DNA of 58,727 nucleotides, counting the filler, from Sphacelaria rigidula (lineage: Eukaryota): the NCBI GenBank assembly GCA_964200075.2. It is 6 parts of 6 records of this genome, joined end to end, with 100 filler letters (N's around TTAATTAATTAA, not from the genome) between each part and the next. Parts side by side here need not be neighbours in the genome. Positions count along the whole stretch, not along the records: positions 49,024 to 58,727 come from CAXNAA020007930.1; 5 more parts are not named here. One strand, given 5' to 3'. The translations under genes were made by a program, and so were the position numbers. The notes beneath the pieces are model-generated. The model was not told where the DNA came from and searched no databases. It saw only the letters and a list, made by a program, of their open reading frames with translations. Positions 49,579-58,727 of this stretch are shown piece by piece (position 1 is the stretch's first letter; every line of letters begins with the position of its first letter).

Positions 49579-49866
49579 GAGTGATGCTACGGCAGGGGGT
49601 AGCATTTTGTTTTTGCGAAAACGTTTCTCGGGGCTGCTGGGGGTGTTGGACGGGTCATTTTGTGAATCGGCATCATTATTACTTGAAAAAATAATTGGAA
49701 AAAATGATGCCGATTCACGGAAAGGCCCCTGCGTGCCAACACCATGTTTCTGGGAGTCCGGTCTCCGGAGATTTGGGTTGCACAGTAATAAGCCCCATAT
49801 ATTTGTGCTCCTACAAAAAGAGAGACCCAGAAACATAAAAGGGCGACCCCTACCGTAGCATTGCTC
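49579..49866. mobile_element. Sola2-like MITE
   Basis: gagtgatgctacggcagggg ... cccctaccgtagcattgctc; flanks TGTG/TGCA, each one transition away from TGCG. Confidence 0.75.
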
Positions 49867-50539
49867 TGCAGGTTAATCATTTGTGTCGTGAATGATATAT
49901 GGAGTGTAAAGCAGTTGTGTCGTGTCCCGCGCGGACCAGGTGGTATTCGTTCGGGGGGCTTCTCCTTCCCTCCCAGATCATGATGAACATGACGCAGGGG
50001 GCTCGAAAACGTATCCACCCTGCTCACTATAGATGGTCCTTTGAAGGGTCACCGTTTTTCGACATTATCAGGGGCTGCACTGAACGCAGCGCTCTCAAAG
50101 CGGTGGCGATGTATGCCGCATCCACCCAACCATCCCTCTGACGAATCCCTCGCACTCGCGGTGCTAGCTCGGTGGACCGAGATAGATACCTGGAAACAAC
50201 AGGGTGTTGCGGACAGATGCTCGATGCCCGAGGTTCGCGTTTCCAAGAAAAACACAATCGAGAAAAACACAAACCATCGTTTTTCGACGTGGTCGTGCGG
50301 TATTGTATTCTTTGTTTCTCTAGCTGTTGCAACGACGCTAAACCGGCCACAAGAAATCTCCGGGTCCAGTGGCGTTCTGACACACCGCCTGCTTATTCGC
50401 TGGCTTCTCGGTGTGCCGGCATTGCTCACGTACGATAGAACACAACGATATTTTACCTGTTCCAGACGTTGGATCTCACAACATGTCATGGCCTGCATGT
50501 ACAGGTGTTCTGCCAACGTTTGAGGGAAGCTATTTTGAT

Positions 50540-50835
50540 CCAACAGAACGCCTGACAACGACATTCGGGAAGGGTCGTACTGAACTAGCAGACTATCCGA
50601 CCACGTTCAGCAAGCGTGTTCTGAACTAGCAGTGTACCCGGACACCGTCGAGGAACGTTGGTCTGAACGGGCAGAATACCTTACAAACGCTTGCGAAAGT
50701 GGTTCTGTACGGGCTGAATACCTGGCAACGTTCGCGGAAGTTGTTTCTCAAACCGCGGAAAACCTGACAACGCTTACGAAAAGCGTTTTAAGCTCGAAGA
50801 ACATCTGCATACGTTTTCAGAAAGATGTTCGTAAC
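50540..50835 (+). repeat. Degenerate 42-bp tandem repeat, about 7 copies
   Basis: ctgaac-like motif at 50580, 50621, 50663, 50705 and 50747; similar units at about 52500-52670. Confidence 0.7.
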
Positions 50836-50924
50836 CGATAGATGCGGGTTTGGTTTGAGCACGTTTCCTTCGTGTGAAAGTCTTTTTTTCTGACGACAAT
50901 TTCCGAATCGAGATCGGGTGTTTG

Positions 50925-51740
50925 GGAGCAGGGCCAGCCTCAAAAGCGGATCGGTAGGTTGTAGGCAGATTCTCATACCAATTTTGGCAGTTTAGGCACT
51001 TTAAAATCCAGGCCGGAGAATCGCCAGGGCAAAAACAAAACATGATTTTGGGGGGCCATTTTTTTATTCAATTTTTTTGAGCTACGGACAAAGAGCAAGA
51101 TGCAGTTTTCACGATAACATCCCTCACTCATGACATACAAAAAATCTCAAGTCCCGTTTTTTTTATCATGCCCTAATGATTCTCCGCACCAAGTGTTCAA
51201 ATTACACCTGTCGAAACTGAGGGCAGAATTCCAGATTTCAGGCTGGGCCAGCCTACAAACGGAGCTGTATGTTGTAGTCCATGTAGCAGCTCATTTTTGA
51301 AACTTATGCTTCGGAATTTTGTGTGCAGAATCGCAAGACATTGTAATTAGTAAACCTGCGGGATATGGAGTTTTTTTCCCCATGAATTGTTAACGGCGTT
51401 TTCGTGTAACAAGGGGCATTTTTCACGAGCACGTTCTCAAGTCGTGAAACAAACAAATCCCAAGGTCCCGAACTTTATATTTCATGAATGCCCTTGCGAT
51501 TCCCAATACTAAATTTCATCGCACAACTCTGAGAGCTGAGCTGAGAAGCGGAGGTTTTGTGTGCTATGAGTCAAGGGCAATAATAATATCCATTTTTCAG
51601 ATGAACGTTCTAAACTCATGAATAAAAATTTCACTGTCCCGAATCTTCACAAAAATAAAATCGCCCTTGCGATACTCGATACCGAATTATCATGCACATC
51701 TTCCAAACGTGAGACGCGAAATACAGATTTAGTGCCGTGA
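50925..51740. repeat. Degenerate AT-rich direct repeat (~313-bp unit twice plus a partial third)
   Basis: gggccagcct near 50931 and 51245; ttttca...gtcccg blocks near 51105, 51419 and 51593; gccct..gat blocks near 51170, 51490 and 51663. Confidence 0.65.
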
Positions 51741-54601
51741 GTACCCCTGCTTGTTATCTGTTGACTTCAGTAGGGAATACTGTGTGCGTCATATCTCTAG
51801 ATAAACAATGAATTACGTGAAGGTGAGGGTATCGATCGTTTCCCCATGCCCGAGAAAAAGTTCACATCAAAAATCGTAATCCGCTGGGTGCATCGTTGGG
51901 GGATTCGTATAGACTTTAGTACGAAGATATCTCCGTACGTCACAGTATTAACTCGACAGGGCGTTACCTCAACGAAGAAGAAATCGACAAAACTCTTGTG
52001 ACCCGGTGGGAATTCGGCCTTGATCGGACGATTAATCAGATGTGCGGATCACGGCCCAGTTAGTCTGTGTCGATGAGATGTGGCTGCGAGAGCTAAGGTC
52101 CGTTTCTAGGCTGACCCAGCTCGTGCTGTTACTCAGTATATGTTCTTCCATTACTAATGTGAATTCAAGACTGGGATTCGTGTCTCTCACGACTTTGAAG
52201 TCGAGGTCGGGGCTCTAGACAGCGGGTGATGCCACGCTTGAAGCATTTTCTGAGGTCCACATAAGGTCATCTTTTGACTTTCTGGTCGCATGTGCCTACG
52301 TACTCGCATTAAAAAGACAAATCTACCTGATTCCAGTCGGTTACCACCTGAAGCTGGAGACGTGGTAATTTTCAGAATTATTTGTGTGAGTGATTATAGA
52401 GAGGATTTGACTCTTCTGCTATTTGTTTTTAGTGATGATGATCTCGGATCTTCCTGCTCTTAACGTGAGTCTACATGTACATGTACACATGGTCTCAGTC
52501 AGCACATATCCGACAACCTTCCACGGAGTTGTTCCATACCTCCGCAGAGTTCTGATGATGCTCGGGAAACGTTCGTTTTGAGCTCATCGATATTTGACGA
52601 CATTCCGAGGAGTTGTTCTGAACGGTCGTAGTCCTGCATATATGCACAGGTATTCTGAGCGGTACACCCGTTCAAGATATAGAGGTGGTCTACGTGCATC
52701 GGCCACATCTGCCCTGATATTCTACATGTGTCGGTCACATTTGTATGTAACGAAGACCTGTTCTATATGTGTTGTGCTCTTATTTCCTGACCTTGAGAGA
52801 TATTCCGTGTTCTGTACGCGTCCGGTTGTGTATCAGTAGACTGGTGGGGTTCGGGAATTGCACAACATGTCTCCTAGGAGGTGTTGGCTGCGGGTTTCAC
52901 GAGTATTTTGCAGGTGATTGCACAGTATTTAACATTCCCATATCTGAATCGAACGCAACGTCGCCAAACCGATGGCAATTTGTCGCCGACTATTATTCAG
53001 CTCTAGCGCATCGCCTTACTTTTCGATAGCTTCTGGGTGTGTAAACTATTTTCTACGGGACTGAAGGAGTCTTGCAGCCGCCGACAGCACAAGACGAGCT
53101 AGCGGTTTCTTCATCTTAGTTTTCCGCATTTGCTCATAATGCGTGGCACACTCGCGATACGACAGACTGTGAGATGTGTGCAACATGTATCTTGACTGAT
53201 GTTGACTGTACTGTACTGAAGTGCATGTACCACACCCTGAGTGTAGACTTCAGTACTGCACTCTACTGTGAGTGGTGCAATCTCAGCGCTGTGTGGAGAT
53301 TCGTACAGTCGGGTGCGTGTACAGGGAGTTCGGGATGATAATCGTGGACTGCCTGTACATGACTCCTGCTGCGCGGGACGGTGCTGATCATGGACTGTCC
53401 GTACACAACACGGTGTACTACTGTATATTGTGCACTGAAGTCCTGCGAGGATTGTACGCACGGCGAACTTTACAGCACCTCATATTGCGCATGGACCCTG
53501 TTGTTTCCACATTTGGGCCCGCCGTGTGTGGCTCGTGTGCGGGAACGTGTAGGGCTGAGCACATCTGGTGGTATCTTCCGGGTGTGTTTGGAGACAGGCT
53601 CTCGCATCCCCCGGCTGGACTGGACTGGTAGACGAGCGGGCGTTTATCAGTACTTCGAGATACAGTACAGCTACGTGCACTGCCCATCTTCTTCAACATA
53701 TCATTTCGGCGTGTAACGTGACGTGCATTGCCCACCCTCTTTCACAACATCTCATTGCGGCGGGCACCGCGACGCACACCCGTCGACCTCTTGGATAGAA
53801 TACCATCAGTTCAGAGACGACGCCATCCTGCCGCAGGGACGGGTGTTCTTTCCAACTCTACAAACGTTTGTTTGATCTCGTTCTCGTGCGGTAACATCGC
53901 ATGTATGTGGGTTTTCGGAACTGCGATCCGGTGTGATGTAGGGCCGAGAGGCGGTGATACGAACCCGCGGAAAATGTAACTACTGCAGACACTGCTATAA
54001 TCCGACTCTAGGCACCTTACTACGGTGCCGCGGTAGTCGCAGTCCTCGGCATGCCCTAGGGTAGGCATGTTACCGAAGGATCGATGCACTGTCTCGGCAT
54101 TTAGTGCAGCGAGTAGCATGGTAGCCTAGCCGTGCGGCAGCTCCGCGAAAATGGCCGCAGAGCTGTTCCGAGGTTCATGTACGCTGTTTCCTATATTTTC
54201 GGCTCGGTAGTCGAACTGATATGTGGACGGTGAATCTGGTCGGATTCATTGGTGTCAAACCCGACAAAAATCGTCATGGAATTCGTTCACGTCGTCTGAA
54301 AGAGTGAAGACGCAAGTAGGCAAAAATATTTGTGAAAGTCGGCTATTTTCTGGAGGGTTAATCGACCGCTCGATGATGAAATTGTTGAGGCAGGTCTAAG
54401 GGGAGAGATAGGTTGATCCCTTAGGCCTACAGTAGTGGGCGGTCTAACTATACAGCGGTGTTCTGGGGTTTTCCTCGCGTACTACTCTTCGGCAGAACTC
54501 GAAACTGCTAGCGTCGTTAGGTTTTGGTACAATGAACAGATCATCCTCGAAACACAGTGCCCAGGTCAGTGTGAGTTGGTATTATCGGACGATATGAGTA
54601 A

Positions 54602-54635
54602 ATACCCCGTTTATCAGGAGGGTGTTATTGACCGT
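54602..54635 (+). mobile_element. Probable DNA-transposon terminus identical to 19459-19492
   Basis: 34/34 identity, then abrupt divergence. Confidence 0.6.
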
Positions 54636-56374
54636 GAAACACAGTTTTCCGGCTCTAGTGCAATGAGTGGGTAAAAGTAAGAAATTGAAATGTACATATC
54701 TTCACAAATATGATCGGGACAGGCTCGATCGACCGAAAATACCGAAGAGTAAGAATCCGGGCTGAAACGTGGCAGGACCCCCGATGACTGGTCAGCCCGT
54801 AAGTCACTCAATATCGAGTACCGATGATTTTGTGTTCTTGGAATGTGGAGCGGATACAAATATCTTGAGATCCCCTATGTGATAAACGGTGGCAAGCGAA
54901 ATTAGCCCGAGAAAATCGCCAACTGCGAAAAAATCACACAATGCCACAAAATGATTAGTTAGACCGCCCACCACCGTACAGATTCGTTCCGAGGAAGAGA
55001 AGGGTGTTGAAAATATGACAAAATACTGACAACAGCGATGCCACAGCAGATAATCCCCCACCTCCGCATTTCACTACGCGCGACGCCCGCTGCATATCGA
55101 ATTTACACCAAGTCCGGCAAGCATGTGCCCCACCTGCCTTGAGTCGAAAAGGGTGGTTTGGTGACAGCATGCTGTGTGTAACGGGCGGATGGGCGTGTCC
55201 GAAAGGAAACGGGGTGACGGTAAGAAATCTGATCACTCCACTCCTCATTGAGGAGGGGCTCTCGCTATAAGGCGGGGGTTGGCGAACAACAAGGCAGCTT
55301 GCACTACTGCAGGAAAAGTTGTGCTGAGCCATAAACACCCCCCTCGTCGCTTCTGTCGCCGCAATCGGTGTCACTCTATCGTGGATCTACTACTGCAAGT
55401 CATCCCGAGGTGGCAAACCCCGTTGAGGCTTCTTTTTCGGGAACAGTGCACGAAACTATCTACGTATATTTCAAACGATACTTGTCGTGCATGCCGAGAC
55501 CATATCCTGAGAAAGTGATGATGGTTGTATCTACATGCCATCTCGACAGACACTCAAAGTGTCTTCTTGACTTGAAGCCTGTACTCTCCCAAGTGCTGCG
55601 CACGTCGACCCATCTTCTTACCCTCCAGCACCCTCTTGCGCCCCCGTATCAGGCGTCCGGAGCGTGAGACCCTTCAGGGCGTCGAAGTTGTCTTCCGTTA
55701 GTATTGTCCAAGACACTTCTTTCCTTCGGCGCAATATCTACCTACATCTCCGCCATGGTAACCGCTCGCATCGCTAGAGGCACCCTGGGAGCAACAGGTG
55801 AAAGAACCATCAGTTCATAGTGTGACTCGGTGGTGTATGCCGTAGCACCCTAGTAATCGAGGCAACTTGTCTACTCTGAAACTAATGGTGACGAGTGCTG
55901 TGAGTCCTGGTGATGTGTTTTCTTTGTTTTGGATACATTATTTTGTTTCGGATACATTAGGGTACACAAAAGCGAAGAGATCAGGAGTGATGAGGAGTGA
56001 TGGGTGGGAATGGGCAAGTACGGGGCCGTATGGGCTAATTCTGCCAAGTTCAAAAAGACTTTGCAGAATTTTGACGCTTTTATCCCGGGATGGCCTCCGC
56101 GATCGTTTGTCATCGTGGGTTCATTGTACTGAACAGAGCAAAGACCAAACCATGATGGCGTACATTAAAATACCGAAGCTTCCGGATCGGAATTGGAACT
56201 CATCTCTAGCTGGTGCATCTTGATAGCAGAGACTTGTGCACGACGAGAGAGGAAATGTCTATCTCGGACAGTAGTGCGCTGCAACGTAAGGTCAACTACT
56301 TGTACAGTTCACCAACCCTGCACACGATGTACGTTCCAGCGAGTTACTGCTCATTGTCTCCCTATTTTTTGCAG

Positions 56375-57405
56375 GTTTCGACAAGTGCCTGGATGTCTTC
56401 ATTATCATGCTGAACGAGGCTTGCTCGGGCGAAGACCACTTCTTCGACACGAAAAACCTGCAGATCGTGTCGTTAAAGTTGTGCATCGTGTACCGCGGCG
56501 TCAGCACTCTGCACGTGAGAGTGGAGAAAAACACACCACGAAGGCTGTGGGCGATTCCGTCCTGCCATCGTGCGACTGAAGGTGCTCGAGGTGCTGGTCA
56601 GAGGTGTGAGTCAGCTATCACGCGCGTGCCACGGTTGCGACCGCTTGGCGTGACTTGGGGGGCCGATGTCGATAGGGAGTTCATGTCGCGCAAGAATAGT
56701 CTCTTTGTCCATTTGCAGCACGTGAAGTTTGGAGCCACGTTCAACCGCTGTGTTGACAGAGTGGAGTGGCCTTCGTCAGTACGGCAGCTTACGTTCGGGC
56801 GGGCATTCAACCGACCACTTCGAGCGTCGTGGCCTTCTTCTCTTCAGCAGATAACATTTGGAGAATGTTTCAACCAGTCCGTGAAGCGGGTGGTGTGGCC
56901 TGAGTCTCTGCAGCAACTCACCTTTGGATTTTATTTTAACCAACCCATCGATGGCATGGAGTTTCCTGCCACGCTGAAATCATTGACGTTCGGGTACGCT
57001 TTTGACCAGCCGGTGGAGCGGGTGGCTTGGCCTGCGTCGCTACAGCACTTGACGTTCGGGGACTTGTTCATCCATCCCATTGAAAGAGTGTCATGGCCTG
57101 ACTCCCTGCAACGTTTGATCCTCGGGACACTGTTCAACCAGCCCATTGATAAAGTGTCGTGGCCCGCCGCTCTTCAGCAATTGAAGTTCGGAAATTACTT
57201 CAACCAGCGCGTGGAGCGGGTCGCGTGGTCGGCGTCGCTGCAACGGCTCAGCTTTGGAGACGATTTCAACCAACCCATTGATGGCGTGAAGTGGCCTGCT
57301 ACGCTGAAAACACTGGAATTCGGGAATGGCTTCAACCAGAACCTTGGTGACGTGGAGTGGCCTGGGTCTCTGCAGCAGTTGACGGTCGGGTCTGGTTTCA
57401 ATTAG
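56375..57405 (+). CDS. FNIP-repeat (22-aa LRR-like) protein, main exon; 3' end decayed
   Basis: Ten repeats of FGxxFNQPIxxVxWPxSLQxLT; splice acceptor ttttttgcag at 56374 is in frame with ATG 56407; possible phase-matched first exon at 56152-56212. Confidence 0.9.
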
Positions 57406-57474
57406 CCCCTTGAGGAAGTACCTTGACCTGTTTCGCTGCATCCGTTGGTGTTTGGACTTGAGATTGATCGGGTC

Positions 57475-57940
57475 ATTGATTGAGTTGATTGATTACCGCA
57501 CTTCAACTTATCCCCCAGAGATCCAGCCATGCCGCGTGATAGACGTAACCGAGACAAAACGAAATAGAAAGACTCGCTGGACAAATGTAAAGGAAACAGA
57601 AAGGTACAACAGAGTAGGCTAACAAAAGAAACAAGAGGGAAGGGACGAATGAAAAAGACAGGGAGCCTCCTCTAGTAATGGCCGGCCTCTGCCACATGGC
57701 TTCGGTGGAAAAATTCTTGCGCAACCCCCCCGTCATAATCAATACTAAAGAACAAGGAGGCGTGGGAACGGATCGCGGCTCATCTATTTCGGCGTCAATA
57801 TTCTGGATATGGAGCAGTCATCCATGAACCCTGCCGAGTCGAGGTACCACACCTCTACGTGCAAACACCGGGAGGAACGAGCACATGAATAAAAAGAGAT
57901 GGGGAGAGGAAGAGAGGACATAAAAGGAGACTACAAAAAA
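57475..57940 (-). mobile_element. Retroelement-like 3' end with (AATC)n tail inserted into the FNIP repeat array
   Basis: Minus strand ends ggctggatc...gaagtgcggtaatcaatcaactcaatcaat; pyrimidine-rich body; 5' boundary approximate. Confidence 0.5.
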
Positions 57941-58727
57941 AGTGATGAAGTCCACAGGATTTCAATTTCACAACGTGAACTTGGTTTCTGCTGCGGGTGA
58001 ACATTCGACTCACCGGTTTTTTGCGACAATATTGCTGCGACTCGATTTCTGCGACTCGATTTTTGCGATATTTTGTTCGCTAGATTTTTCCACTCTAAGA
58101 CCCCTATTGATTTCGTTTATCTGGGGATGACTTTGTCAAACAGACACCAAACGCATCCTGCTCCAAGGGGCACCTGGACACAGCAGTCGCTGGTGCTTAC
58201 CCAGTTTCATCTTCCAAATCGAAGTCTTGAGTGAGAACGCCCAGGGTTTGGTGTGGTGACCATGTACAAGGAGGGATGAGCTGCATCTAGTATCATGCTC
58301 TAAGATGTATCCGACAAGACGGCAACACCCCCGTACAGACAGTAGCAATACTAGCGGACCCTACTTCCTGATAGTCTGGCAGCCGGCAAGGTGGTTATGG
58401 CAATGTCCTAGCGATATTAACTTACGGTACACTGGAGCAGAGTTTGCAGGTGAAAATCTCGGTGATTGTCTCACCTGAAGTTCGCCCAGATGTTGCGGAT
58501 TGTTTTCACGATACCACTGAGTAACATATTACACACACATTTACATGTGGAAATGTACCAGACCCTTCGTCACATTATAAGTGGAAATGCGCTAGACCCT
58601 GCACACGTGGACAGATAGCACCCTGTGGAGGGGGTCTTCAGGGTTTACGTACCCTGCGCAGTGTTTCTGGCGGGAATTTTACTGTACAGTGTTTTCCAGC
58701 GTAGCACAGGACGCTCCACAGGGTTTC

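Noticed and set aside
58621-58723. Small element with CCCTGTGGAG inverted ends
   Set aside because: Only 10 bp of match, no TSD, single copy.

Overview
This is not one locus. The window is six unrelated scaffolds of 9704-9705 bp (1-9705, 9806-19510, 19611-29315, 29416-39119, 39220-48923, 49024-58727) joined by artificial 100-bp linkers (N44-TTAATTAATTAA-N44). The DNA is repeat-rich, intron-containing and eukaryotic. A stramenopile, probably a brown alga, is inferred from the FNIP-repeat gene, the style of the Gypsy elements and the intron structure. Content: two decayed Ty3/Gypsy LTR retrotransposons plus a deleted relative of one; an FNIP-repeat gene truncated by a retro-insertion; two phase-compatible exons of a small membrane-protein gene; a multi-exon pseudogene; at least five MITE families (GAG...CTC/4-bp-TSD Sola2-like, hAT-like, Tourist-like, long-TIR foldback, ~85-bp hairpins); and several minisatellites. 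The most interesting signal is a ~0.5-kb retroposon-like family with pieces in five of the six scaffolds. It has a fixed 3' end (ATGAGTAC), no poly-A tail, variable 5' truncation and 16-22-bp target duplications, and it sits in C-rich tracts. Its 5' part shows a partial HDV-ribozyme-like pairing pattern (hypothesis only). All alignments were done by eye. No database search or folding program was run, so novelty is unverified.
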